Shown: piece after piece, positions 9,734 through 18,970 of the stretch
How the letters are laid out: each line of letters starts with the position of its first letter
Position numbering within the stretch: position 1 is the first letter of the stretch
Notes under the pieces: generated by a model
Seen by the model: only the letters and a program-made list of their open reading frames with translations
What the model was told of the DNA's origin: nothing
Database searches by the model: none
Made by a program: the position numbers and the translations under genes
Source: a virus
IMG/VR virus record: IMGVR_UViG_3300025133_000022
Location: 1 to 64,000 of that record
Length of the DNA: 64,000 nt
Reading direction: 5' to 3' (one strand)

Positions 9734-10057
9734 ACAACCAACAACACACTGCCTTGGCGCACAGCCGGATCTCTTCGGAACAACACAGTCAAGATCGTAG
9801 ACAGGCGTGCAGCCTACGACTCAAACTGCGAGCGTGCCTGCGGCGAATGCGCGGAGTGCAATCGGGCCTGGAACAAGGCTGAAGTCTTCAAGCAAGATCG
9901 TGCTGACCTGCACATCCGCATGTGGCGTGAGCGTGGTGGGCTTATTCCCAACGCGATCGTAGGCTTTGTGCCCTTTGGGCAGAAGAGCTGTGGGTGCATA
10001 AGACATTTAGAAGATTGCATGTGTAGGATGGTGATAGAAGGTGACATTACGTTCTAA
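9731..10057 (+). CDS. Cys-rich hypothetical early protein
   Basis: CxxxCxxCxxC and CxC motifs; GGAGG RBS. Confidence 0.7.
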   Translation: MTTNNTLPWRTAGSLRNNTVKIVDRRAAYDSNCERACGECAECNRAWNKAEVFKQDRADLHIRMWRERGGLIPNAIVGFVPFGQKSCGCIRHLEDCMCRMVIEGDITF

Positions 10058-10062
10058 GCCTT

Positions 10063-10132
10063 GAGAAGGTAGCCCGCTGGAGGCTACCTTCTCTTTTATG
10101 GCACTTACGCCATGATCAAGGAGATCAACATG
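10063..10132 (+). promoter_or_regulatory. Early cassette element
   Basis: GAGAAGGTAGCC..GGCTACCTTCTC TTTT ATGGC-ACTTAC-GCCAT. Confidence 0.6.
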
Positions 10133-10423
10133 ACAAAGAACATTACCCTCGCCCTAGCCCTCACTGGTTGCGGCGATGCAACCTATGGCAAATATGAAGA
10201 CTCGTTTAAGGAAGTCGACGAATCCAGAGTCCAGGTCGAAGTGCTAAGCACTCAGTGTGATTTGATAGACTTAAGCTACGATAGCACGCTAATCATAAGT
10301 GCTACCCACTGGACCAGCAACGGACTTCGAGAGCCGATAGGAGGCTGGTGGGAGGGTGAGAACGGAAACGTTCTGCTTCAAGGCTGCGAAGCCAACGTGG
10401 AGATCGTTTGGCTTGAACGGTAG
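10130..10423 (+). CDS. Predicted lipoprotein
   Basis: MTKNITLALALTG-C lipobox. Confidence 0.7.
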   Translation: MTKNITLALALTGCGDATYGKYEDSFKEVDESRVQVEVLSTQCDLIDLSYDSTLIISATHWTSNGLREPIGGWWEGENGNVLLQGCEANVEIVWLER

Positions 10424-10429
10424 GCAGTT

Positions 10430-10493
10430 GAAGGGTGGTGCAAGCCACCCTTCTCTTTTATGGCAATCAAGCCATGTCCTGGAGGACATTATG
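10430..10493 (+). promoter_or_regulatory. Early cassette element
   Basis: GAAGGGTGG-TGCAAG-CCACCCTTC TCTTTT ATGGC-AATCAA-GCCAT GTCCTGGAGGACATT ATG. Confidence 0.6.
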
Positions 10494-10625
10494 ACCAAGA
10501 CCGATATCGCTACAACCCTCGCTGTTGGGGCATTCTTCTTCCTGTTCGTCGGGATTCCCACTGATGACGGCCTGTACTTCGGCTACTTCTGGAAGCTCGC
10601 CCTCTGGCTCAGTGAGGTGATGTAG
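10491..10625 (+). CDS. Small membrane protein (44 aa)
   Basis: GGAGG RBS; hydrophobic. Confidence 0.6.
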   Translation: MTKTDIATTLAVGAFFFLFVGIPTDDGLYFGYFWKLALWLSEVM

Positions 10626-11005
10626 TGAGGAACAGCAGGTCTGTCCTGTGGTTTGCCGCAGGGTGTCTGCTGTTCATGCCTGCATTCACCCCTATGATGG
10701 TCGACGTTCAGTTGACTGTCTGGATGTTCGTGGTGGACATGATCAAGCCCAACCCAGCACTGCTCTTCGGCTCCCTGTTCTACTGGCCTGTGCTCATCGC
10801 ACTTACAGGCTGGTACTGGGTGTGGAGGGCAGTACGATGGGTCTTCGGCGATGAAGGACCTCTCCCCAGGTTCTTCAAGCTGTTGGGGATAATGTGGGCT
10901 CCTGTCTATGTTATCCCCGGCATCGTCATCATCAGTCTCCTGGGTTGGCTCATATGCTTCTACAAGGCATATGAGATCCACCTGGGGGACAAGAAGGATT
11001 CGTGA
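10625..11005 (+). CDS. Multi-pass membrane protein
   Basis: Three to four hydrophobic segments. Confidence 0.7.
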   Translation: MRNSRSVLWFAAGCLLFMPAFTPMMVDVQLTVWMFVVDMIKPNPALLFGSLFYWPVLIALTGWYWVWRAVRWVFGDEGPLPRFFKLLGIMWAPVYVIPGIVIISLLGWLICFYKAYEIHLGDKKDS

Positions 11006-11307
11006 GTACAAGACATGTCCGCGAGTACTGTTCGCACTGCAGGTGTGAGCAGTGGTGCACACTTAAGGGATGGGGCCTCTACTGTGATGCGAAGGATCAC
11101 TTCGTTCGTAGTAAGAGGGCCGCCAAGAGGAAGGCTCCTACATCCACAAGTATGTACAAGGATGTGCGCGGACACATTAACGATACATTCAATGGGCGTG
11201 GGACCTACACCTGGGATGAGCTGATCATCTGGTGTACTCGCACACACTTCAATGACCTCAAAGGCTTCTGCGAGGACATGAGGGAGGTAGAATGTTCTAC
11301 GTCGTGA
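11002..11307 (+). CDS. Zinc-ribbon hypothetical protein
   Basis: CSHC...C...C motifs; overlaps upstream stop. Confidence 0.7.
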   Translation: MSTRHVREYCSHCRCEQWCTLKGWGLYCDAKDHFVRSKRAAKRKAPTSTSMYKDVRGHINDTFNGRGTYTWDELIIWCTRTHFNDLKGFCEDMREVECSTS

Positions 11308-11430
11308 ATCAGTACGACGAAGAGACTGACCTGAAAGCTACGAGCTGGAAGGAAGCTTACAAAGAGGTTCGGGAGATGTTCCCGCACTTCTACGGAAAGC
11401 TGAACTCAATCATCTTCAAGAGATAGCATT

Positions 11431-11496
11431 GGAAGGGCACTAGAAGGTGCCCTTCTCTTTTATGGCAATTCCTGCCATGTCCTGGAGGACATTATG
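11431..11496 (+). promoter_or_regulatory. Early cassette element
   Basis: GAAGGGCAC-TAGAAG-GTGCCCTTC TCTTTT ATGGC-AATTCCT-GCCAT GTCCTGGAGGACATT ATG. Confidence 0.6.
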
Positions 11497-11769
11497 CGTA
11501 ACAGTACAACAGATCGCCTCGGTGCAGAGATCACCAATCAGTGGCGTGCGTTCAAGGGCACAAAGGCAGAGTTCATGGCTCAGCTGGAAGGCGTCACTTT
11601 GGACCAGCAAGTCATTACGTACGTCAATCCGCTGATGAAGCACATCAAGCAGCAGTTCATGCCATGGGCAGCTGGGATGGAGATCAGCTTCTACTGCACC
11701 ATCGTCCGTGGCCGCAGCTTGATCAGCGTATACAGCTATGGCGACAGTGACTGGCATTGCAAGTACTGA
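11494..11769 (+). CDS. Hypothetical early protein
   Basis: GGAGG RBS; 91 aa. Confidence 0.75.
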   Translation: MRNSTTDRLGAEITNQWRAFKGTKAEFMAQLEGVTLDQQVITYVNPLMKHIKQQFMPWAAGMEISFYCTIVRGRSLISVYSYGDSDWHCKY

Positions 11770-11778
11770 GATAACATT

Positions 11779-11813
11779 GAGCGGGGGCCTTCGGGCTCCC
11801 CTCTCTTTTATGG
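11779..11813 (+). promoter_or_regulatory. Early cassette element upstream of the RNA polymerase gene
   Basis: GGGGGCC-TTCG-GGCTCCC CTCTCTTTT ATGG. Confidence 0.55.
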
Positions 11814-11956
11814 TACTCCGCTTTGGACCTGATGGTCCGGGACTCCGCTGTCCGAGATGACTAGAGGACCAACCATCAGGAGGGGCGTGGCTCGCGCAGC
11901 TCGCCTTCTTCAAGGATTTCGCGCACTAACGTCCAACATGCTGGAGGGCATAATTC

Positions 11957-14900
11957 ATGGACAGACCAACCAACGAAGAGCGCTATAACGCGTTCGCCAA
12001 GAACAACATCATCAGCAACCACATGGACCTCGTATGGGGCATCATGGTTGGCTTCGACCTGGCACCAAGTGTCAGGACATACTGCGCAGCGCTAGGAGAG
12101 GACTTTGAAGTAGAGGCTCTCGAGCATGACCCCATGGGTAAGCTCATCCTTAATCACGTAAGCGATCTGTGGGAGCAGCGGAAGGCCGAGAAGCTGGAGA
12201 AGAGGTGGGCCAAGGAGGTGCGGCGTGTTGCACGTCGCGCCGCATACGCTGACGCTTCGGAGATCAAGGCGAGTAGTCGTCGTGATGGCACCGTGCGATT
12301 CTCCTTCGATACTGCCATGGCCTGCATGGGCCTCATGGCAGAAATCCTCAACTACGAGGGTGTCTCTCAAGAAGAGCCTGTGGTTCTGAATTTACTTAAT
12401 CGCCTCCCCTTCGTCAAGAACGAGAAGGGTAAAGAAACTACCAGACAGCATGATGTTCCTATTAGTGAAGCTGAGAACTTCGGCACCTGTGGTTACGAGC
12501 TATACCAGCTCAAGACCCTATGGAACTCGAAGATCACCGAACTGTGGGACATCTTCGAACGTTGCCTTCCTACCGCAATTGATCGAAGCAGCTATCATCG
12601 TCGGATGCGTGCTCCACTCATCCCCGGCGGCTTCTTGGCTGCGCAGCGCGTCCGCGTCGGCGAACTGCATGTGCGTGGCAAGTCCATGCAGGCTGATGGT
12701 AGTGGGTGGTATGATCCTCACCACGAGGACATGGCTGACCTCATGGCAGAGTACGGTCCTGTCGGACTGCAGTACACTGCCGTCAACCCCATCACCGGTC
12801 ACTTCTTCAAGGGTATCATATACCCAATGGAGAGTATGAATGACTGCGGTGAAGACACTGCGGCCATCCAATTCGACCATCTGCAGGTCAAGGGCGCCAA
12901 GAAGGCTGCCCACAAGACGCTTGCCAAACTTGATCCTCGCGGACTGCTGGCCGGCGCATTCATGCTTGACGGTGTTCACATCGGCATCATGAAGGCCAAG
13001 ACCACGATCGGTAAAGTCTCGGGCTGCTTCGAGACCTTGGAGAACATTGGCCCTAACCCTGCTCACTATGAGAAGGGAAAGGGCAGTGCCAAGTACATCC
13101 GCGATAAGCTTCGTGTGGCTAAACTCATCGCAAGTCTGACTGCTGAGTCAGTCAATGCCATTGGTGAGCTTGGCCCACAAGGCCTGCTCGGTCGTGCCAC
13201 CCGTGACGATCCTCACCTGCGTCGTTTGGCAGAGTTCATCGCTCTGGCAAACGGCAAGGGAGCGGGCATCAACCCGCTCGGCATTCCGCTGCTGGCTTCT
13301 AAGCTGCGGGAGAGCTTGAGTCGTCGCATGTGGGGTCCTGCCAATGGTGCAGGTATCGATGGCAAGTACCCGATGGTCGTGATTGACGCAACCCTGAAGC
13401 CAGGGACCTGCGTCATCGCTGGCTACAAGACCGGCACCAAGCTCGCATGCTGGCGTTTCCCCACCGTTCTCGCCCAGTCCTTGCTGGTTCTCGAGGTCGT
13501 TGGTGGCAAGCGTCATCACCGCGTGGATGATAAGGTTGTTCGCAACCTCATATACATGAACCCGCATGACATCACGACATGTCAGCAGGGTGACGACGAC
13601 GGAGATGAAGTAGGTATCTCCGATGACCCACGAGTCATCGAGTTGTTCAATCATAAGATCGACAACGGTGTCTACCACATCGAGCCCACGTCTGAGAAGC
13701 TCGTTCACCTAGCCAGGGAGCCAAAGGGCAAGGAATATTTACGAAAGAACCCAATGGGGCCAGTTGGTCGCATCACTATCTGGCGTGCAGCTCTGCTCGC
13801 CGTTGGCGATTATCAACTGGCACGTGCCTTCAGTGTCCTCATCCAAGAGGCCATTGACATGCAGAAGAACATCGTCCGCATGACACACCCCCTAAAGGCC
13901 TCCAACCTTAACAACTGGTACAAGAATCGTAATGGTGAGTATCACATCCACTACAAGTGCAACGGCAGTGCAAACTGTCTCTGCACCGAGCGAGTGGATG
14001 GGAAGTGTCCCAATAAGGATAGCGGCTACCTGACGGACAACTGGCTCCAGGAAGAGCCAGGTTTCGACATGGACGTAGTTGAGGATGTCTACAAGAACGC
14101 CCTCATTAGTGCGGGTTGCAGCAGAGTCGTAAAGACCAAGGGTGGCGGGACGAAAGTCATCGCCGGCTGGCCTCTTGGCTGGCGTAACCAGGCTCGCATC
14201 ATCGAGCTCGGAGACGGCAAGAAGGGTGAAAACCCTATCCGAAAGGCAGTGGCTCTAGACAACTGGAAGTCCTGGCGCGAGAAACAGGATGGTGAGTTCA
14301 GTAACTGGGTCCACGTGGCCCACGACCTGGCCATGATTCGCTGGCGCCAATGGCACGACAGCTTCAAAGTGTCAGAGGAAGTACCTACCAAGGACGTCCT
14401 CCACAAGATTCTAACTGCCCTGGGCTCCCCGCTCAAGCCACTACCAATCACGTGGCAGCAATACGCAGAGAAGTCGCACAGGAGTAATCCTGACCCCCTC
14501 CGGGTCCGTGCTGGCATCATTGCCTATGGCGCTGATATGAAGCGGATTCGTACCGAGGGAACCAAGGATGAGGGAAACCTCACTGGTCCAGTCGACGAAT
14601 CAGCGAGAATGGCTAGGATTGACAACATCAGGGCTCACCTGGAGCTAGCGCTCAGCAACCTTAGTCCCCAAGAGCTTCTCACCGTATGGGAGAAGGAACT
14701 GACGGACTGCTGGTACTACGGTAGGCAGGGTAAGCCTAAGTGTTACACAACAGACAAGAAGTCCATTCCAGAAGGAGTGAAGTTCTACACAGCAAACAAG
14801 CCCAACTACGCCTTCATGGCCCTGTGTTCCAGACACTCGGCAATCATGAAGGTCTTGGGCATGGAAGCTTCAGAAGCCTGCAGCTGGACCAACGAGAAGC

Positions 14901-15229
14901 GTTTAGTGTCGTACGTGAAGTGGTGCCGCGCCCAACCTGACAGCTACAAGGCTCTCTCAACGATTATCCGAGGCAACAAGGGTCATCTGAGGGATGTCCA
15001 CGATGAGAACGGCAAGCATCTGCATCTCACTGAGTGCAAAGAATGCACATCTCGGCTCGAAACCGCGCTGGTTCGCTCTATCCGGAGTGACCGCACGGCA
15101 GACGAACAGGAGAAGACAAAGACTCTCATCAGCGCAATGAATAAGCTTCCACACGAAACTGTGGAAGGCACCCAGCAAGAAGAGCCTGCGTACGTAGAAG
15201 TGTACATAGATGACAATCCATACGGTTAG
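11957..15229 (+). CDS. Putative single-chain two-barrel RNA polymerase (YonO / QDE-1-cRdRP-like)
   Basis: 1090 aa. QQGDDDGDEV matches the DxDGD catalytic loop (nt about 13589-13606), preceded by CWRFPTV (R.P motif); DGSGW and FKGII match cRdRP-family upstream motifs. Confidence 0.75.
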   Translation: MDRPTNEERYNAFAKNNIISNHMDLVWGIMVGFDLAPSVRTYCAALGEDFEVEALEHDPMGKLILNHVSDLWEQRKAEKLEKRWAKEVRRVARRAAYADASEIKASSRRDGTVRFSFDTAMACMGLMAEILNYEGVSQEEPVVLNLLNRLPFVKNEKGKETTRQHDVPISEAENFGTCGYELYQLKTLWNSKITELWDIFERCLPTAIDRSSYHRRMRAPLIPGGFLAAQRVRVGELHVRGKSMQADGSGWYDPHHEDMADLMAEYGPVGLQYTAVNPITGHFFKGIIYPMESMNDCGEDTAAIQFDHLQVKGAKKAAHKTLAKLDPRGLLAGAFMLDGVHIGIMKAKTTIGKVSGCFETLENIGPNPAHYEKGKGSAKYIRDKLRVAKLIASLTAESVNAIGELGPQGLLGRATRDDPHLRRLAEFIALANGKGAGINPLGIPLLASKLRESLSRRMWGPANGAGIDGKYPMVVIDATLKPGTCVIAGYKTGTKLACWRFPTVLAQSLLVLEVVGGKRHHRVDDKVVRNLIYMNPHDITTCQQGDDDGDEVGISDDPRVIELFNHKIDNGVYHIEPTSEKLVHLAREPKGKEYLRKNPMGPVGRITIWRAALLAVGDYQLARAFSVLIQEAIDMQKNIVRMTHPLKASNLNNWYKNRNGEYHIHYKCNGSANCLCTERVDGKCPNKDSGYLTDNWLQEEPGFDMDVVEDVYKNALISAGCSRVVKTKGGGTKVIAGWPLGWRNQARIIELGDGKKGENPIRKAVALDNWKSWREKQDGEFSNWVHVAHDLAMIRWRQWHDSFKVSEEVPTKDVLHKILTALGSPLKPLPITWQQYAEKSHRSNPDPLRVRAGIIAYGADMKRIRTEGTKDEGNLTGPVDESARMARIDNIRAHLELALSNLSPQELLTVWEKELTDCWYYGRQGKPKCYTTDKKSIPEGVKFYTANKPNYAFMALCSRHSAIMKVLGMEASEACSWTNEKRLVSYVKWCRAQPDSYKALSTIIRGNKGHLRDVHDENGKHLHLTECKECTSRLETALVRSIRSDRTADEQEKTKTLISAMNKLPHETVEGTQQEEPAYVEVYIDDNPYG

Positions 15230-15334
15230 GCGTGCGTAGCACGCCGTATTGGGCGAGTGGGTCGTGCCGCTCGTCCTCCAGCCTGAGTGTGGGCCCAAAC
15301 GGGCCCCCTCTTTATTTACAACCAATGAGAACCA

Positions 15335-15778
15335 ATGAGAGCAACCTACGAGAAGACGTTCAACGTCATCGTAGTAGAACTCTCTGCAGAAGAGGCCGAG
15401 AAGTACTGCGCAGCAGAAATAAGTGAAAGACATATGGACCTTGAGAAGCAGGGAAACACCTACTATTACACAATTCCATGCGGGAACAGATTCTACCAAA
15501 TGACTCAGCGTCAAAAGGGTGGTATTCAACCATGGGGGCCTGACTACCTTCGTCAGGCTATAAGAGCAGCCGTGGCAAACAGGTTCGTAGCCTGGGAAAG
15601 CCAAACGGGCCAAGAACAATTCAAGAAATACAAGTCCGAGTGGAATAAAGTGTTCCAAAGTCTACTCCGGAACGTACGCTTGAAATTCCCAACGGGTCGG
15701 CACCCACGTGGCCGACTCAACAAGAGTGAGTACAAGTTTCGCGAGCAATGGCGAGATAAATACGTTTGTAGCCGATAG
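15335..15778 (+). CDS. Hypothetical protein
   Basis: 147 aa, co-oriented. Confidence 0.7.
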   Translation: MRATYEKTFNVIVVELSAEEAEKYCAAEISERHMDLEKQGNTYYYTIPCGNRFYQMTQRQKGGIQPWGPDYLRQAIRAAVANRFVAWESQTGQEQFKKYKSEWNKVFQSLLRNVRLKFPTGRHPRGRLNKSEYKFREQWRDKYVCSR

Positions 15779-15790
15779 CTACAAGAATAT

Positions 15791-15819
15791 GGGGTCCGTA
15801 GGACCCCTTATTTTATGAC
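15791..15819 (+). promoter_or_regulatory. Class I hairpin element (triloop, 15 nt, TGAC)
   Basis: GGGGTCC-GTA-GGACCCC TTATTTTA TGAC. Confidence 0.55.
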
Positions 15820-15836
15820 TCAGTCCAGGAGGGAAA

Positions 15837-16040
15837 ATGCCCATCAAAGTCGCGCACAACCTGCACTCACCATACTCAATGACTAACTTCAAAGTCATTG
15901 AGCTTTCACCAGAAACCCTTGCTAAGCTTCTCGGCAACTTGGCAGCGAAGCACGGCTTGTATGGTCAGGCACCAAACGAAGATGTAACCATTATGGGTTA
16001 CATCTTCAACAACGGCATCGCAGTTAACGTGCAGCACTGA
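15837..16040 (+). CDS. Hypothetical protein
   Basis: GGAGG RBS. Confidence 0.6.
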   Translation: MPIKVAHNLHSPYSMTNFKVIELSPETLAKLLGNLAAKHGLYGQAPNEDVTIMGYIFNNGIAVNVQH

Positions 16041-16098
16041 GCCCCACTCTGCAACGTTTCGGAGAATACATGAAACTCATCGCCACACTCCTTTGTAT

Positions 16099-16127
16099 GG
16101 CTCCCGCAGGGAGCCCTCTTATTTGAG
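16099..16127 (+). promoter_or_regulatory. Class I hairpin element
   Basis: GGCTCCC-GCA-GGGAGCC CTCTTATT TGAG. Confidence 0.55.
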
Positions 16128-16157
16128 ACATTTCGTCCCTCACAACCGGAGCCCACC

Positions 16158-16463
16158 ATGTCAGACCCTGCAGACAGCAACCGCCTTGCATTCGCCATTG
16201 CCAGCTTTATCTTTGGCGGAGGTATGATAGCTACCGTCGTAGCATTCACCGTCGTTCCCTTGTCGGAATTGATGACTTGGACGATAACTATCCTCCTGCC
16301 GGTCAGCGCAATCCTCATCGGAACAGGCCTCGTCACCAAGAGCACCTGGGACATGCTGTCTCAGGGAGTGAAGAAAGGCAAGCTCGACGAGCAAATCAAG
16401 CACTGGACAAGCGTGCTGGAGAAGAACCCAGAGGCGACAGTCGACAACACAATGTACAGCTAG
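16158..16463 (+). CDS. Two-TM membrane protein
   Basis: Two hydrophobic helices. Confidence 0.7.
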   Translation: MSDPADSNRLAFAIASFIFGGGMIATVVAFTVVPLSELMTWTITILLPVSAILIGTGLVTKSTWDMLSQGVKKGKLDEQIKHWTSVLEKNPEATVDNTMYS

Positions 16464-16535
16464 TCTGAGGGCCCCGTAAGGGCCCTTTTTTTATGAGACC
16501 CGTTCCTGGGTTTTACAACTACTTGGAGAGCTATC

Positions 16536-17183
16536 ATGCCAGTCATCACCCCCACCGAGAAGAGCTTCACAGTCGGCGAAGAAACCTTCGAAGCAATCTT
16601 AGAGCGCGTCAGGGACTCTCTCCACGAGAGCCTGCAGTGCGACATCCGCATCATCCGGAACGAAGCCAACGGCAACTATCAGTTGTCGTTCGACAACAGC
16701 CTCTTCGTCGGGGTGAATCGCAACCTTCCTCGTGAAGAGAACGATCGTCGTCGCAGCCAGGCCGTCGGGAAGCGCTTCGCACTCCTGGGTGCCCTGACCA
16801 ACGAGTTCGCCAAGCTCGGCCTGGAGTTCGGCAAGCACCTCGCGCCGCGCGATACCCGTCAGTCTACGGATGCCGATGGGAACCGACGATGGACCGCAAC
16901 GACGCAGTTGTGGATTAACATCCCGAACGCACAGAGTGCCGGAACAGCAGCTCCAGCCGCTACAGATGAAGACCTGATGGCCAATGCTTTGGCCATCAAC
17001 TCTGACAAGGCCGATGCCATCTTGGAGAAGGAGTCCAGCATCAATGCCGATGGCAAGCTCACGACCCTTGCCAGGGCTCGTCTGCGGGCACTCATCGCCA
17101 GCTCGATGACCAAGGACGTCCCTGCACCTACACCTACACCTACAACCGAGACTGCAGAGTCCAACAACATGCCGACCGACTAA
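16536..17183 (+). CDS. Hypothetical protein
   Basis: 215 aa with high codon bias. Confidence 0.8.
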   Translation: MPVITPTEKSFTVGEETFEAILERVRDSLHESLQCDIRIIRNEANGNYQLSFDNSLFVGVNRNLPREENDRRRSQAVGKRFALLGALTNEFAKLGLEFGKHLAPRDTRQSTDADGNRRWTATTQLWINIPNAQSAGTAAPAATDEDLMANALAINSDKADAILEKESSINADGKLTTLARARLRALIASSMTKDVPAPTPTPTTETAESNNMPTD

Positions 17184-17349
17184 GCATGTCCCTCCCTCGG
17201 GAGGGTTTTTATTTACCTAGGCAAGCAAAGCTTGCCCTGTGTATAGAGCCAGCCCCCCAACGGGGGGCGAACCCCCGATAGGGGGTGAGCGGAGTCCACT
17301 CCACTCTTTTTAGCTTATCTGAGCATGACTCGAACGCAGTGAGAGACTT

Positions 17350-17835
17350 CTAAACCCTCGATGCAATCTTCTTAACCTTATCCAAAAAGAACTCCCTAGA
17401 ATGGTTGTTCTTGGCCACGTTACAGAAACAACAGCAACTTACCAGGTTGTCGACTTGGTAACCCACATTATTGTCCACACGATCAAGACCCACGGTTTCC
17501 ACTATATCTCCACAGTATGCACAAGGTTTTTGCCAGAAACTTTTGAACTCTTCCAAGGCAAGACTCCAATCCTTACCCCTATCTAAAGCACTTTGCTTAC
17601 ACTTCTTATATCTCCCCACTGCGGATTTCCTATAGGTATAGTTGTACTCTCGTCTCTTCTCAGGAGGAAAGTACTTGGCCCGAGAAACCTTGGCGCAAGG
17701 TCTACATTTTCCCATCAAGCCATCTTTAGCTGCGCTATTCCGACCATATTCCCCCACAGGCTTAAACCTCTTGCAATCATAACATTGCTTGAGTGCTACT
17801 CCGTCTATCGTCTTGTGTCTTGTACTAGTCTTCAT
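17350..17835 (-). CDS. HNH homing endonuclease with N-terminal Zn finger
   Basis: CYDC..KP..EY..CRPC; CAYCG..GLDRVDNNVGY..NLVSCC..CN.AK. Confidence 0.8.
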   Translation of the reverse strand: MKTSTRHKTIDGVALKQCYDCKRFKPVGEYGRNSAAKDGLMGKCRPCAKVSRAKYFPPEKRREYNYTYRKSAVGRYKKCKQSALDRGKDWSLALEEFKSFWQKPCAYCGDIVETVGLDRVDNNVGYQVDNLVSCCCFCNVAKNNHSREFFLDKVKKIASRV

Positions 17836-18215
17836 AAGCTCACCGTAAACGAATTAAAGACATAAGTCAACTTTCAAGATGCTGGAAATCTCATATTAAA
17901 CAAAACTTGTCGAAATAGACACGAAATGAGTCTCCCTGGGAGACTCTTGTTCTAAACTGCACGAAAGTGTTAGAAACCGGTCTCTTTTGCTTAGAAGTGA
18001 TACAAGTAGGAGAAGTTTGAAATAGGGCTTAGCACCACGAACCATCATAAACCATCACAAACTGTTTTTCACCTAATTCCACGAACATACAAGCACTCCT
18101 TCCGCTCCCTCCAACGTTCCTGACGCTAAGTACTTGTACTTACTGCGTTTCCACACAGGGCCTAGAACCTCGCTTTCAACAAGTAAGGAACTGCACCTAC
18201 CACCATGGCGACAAA

Positions 18216-18515
18216 ATGTCCACAAGCATCGAAATCTACGGCTGGCCGCCCCAGCACAGCCGGGGACACTGGTACAGGCAAGTACGTACACAAGTACCTG
18301 CCTCCAGGCTCTCCAGAGCTCGAGTTCGTGATGAACTCGACATCCAATACCCAAGTGGAACTACAATCCGAGTACGAGTCTTTGCTATCCGGAGAAATCT
18401 CTCTACTGGTAATCAGACTCTACAAGTAGAAGCTAGTCCTTATGGACGTAAACTACATAAGCCTGTGGAGGGGATAAAGGTGCCCGCGAACTACAAACAC
18501 GCGAGGAAACGATGA
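18216..18515 (+). CDS. Hypothetical protein
   Basis: Co-oriented, overlaps next gene. Confidence 0.6.
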   Translation: MSTSIEIYGWPPQHSRGHWYRQVRTQVPASRLSRARVRDELDIQYPSGTTIRVRVFAIRRNLSTGNQTLQVEASPYGRKLHKPVEGIKVPANYKHARKR

Positions 18516-18970
18516 ACTTCCAAGAAATGCTTGCTGAAGCAACTCGACTTGAGGTCGAGGCTGCAAAACTCCGGACGAAAGCCAAACCACTCATTGGCAA
18601 AGCATTCGTCGACCTTCTTCAAAAGGGCTGCTGGAAGATCCGGAACGAAACTCTCTGCCCTGCCGACTCGGCTACTCGCAAAACAGCATACACCCTAGCG
18701 CAGGCCACTGGTGTCACCTGGTATCACGAGGCATTCAGCTTCTACTACGAAGAACTGCAGATCGAAGGCAAAACCGACGATGGAACTGTAACCTTCGATA
18801 TCTACAAACTTGCCAAATTAACCAACCTGCGAATCATCAACAGCAACAAGTGGATTCGCGCTGAGATTACTGAAATCAACAGACAAGCAGACGACCTACA
18901 AACCAGCCTTGTGAAACTTCTCTCTGAGCGAGACAAATTCATATCCATGCTCACTAAGGAAAAACGATGA
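18512..18970 (+). CDS. Hypothetical protein
   Basis: 152 aa, ATGA overlaps. Confidence 0.7.
   Translation: MNFQEMLAEATRLEVEAAKLRTKAKPLIGKAFVDLLQKGCWKIRNETLCPADSATRKTAYTLAQATGVTWYHEAFSFYYEELQIEGKTDDGTVTFDIYKLAKLTNLRIINSNKWIRAEITEINRQADDLQTSLVKLLSERDKFISMLTKEKR

Noticed and set aside
8382-17170. Numerous long antisense or alternate-frame ORFs (e.g. 8382-8879, 12518-13066, 13148-13708, 16859-17170)
   Set aside because: Shadows of genuine plus-strand genes with strong C/G third-position bias; no RBS and no motifs.
17190-17345. G/C-run hairpins as a novel RNA
   Set aside because: Adequately explained as terminators between convergent genes.
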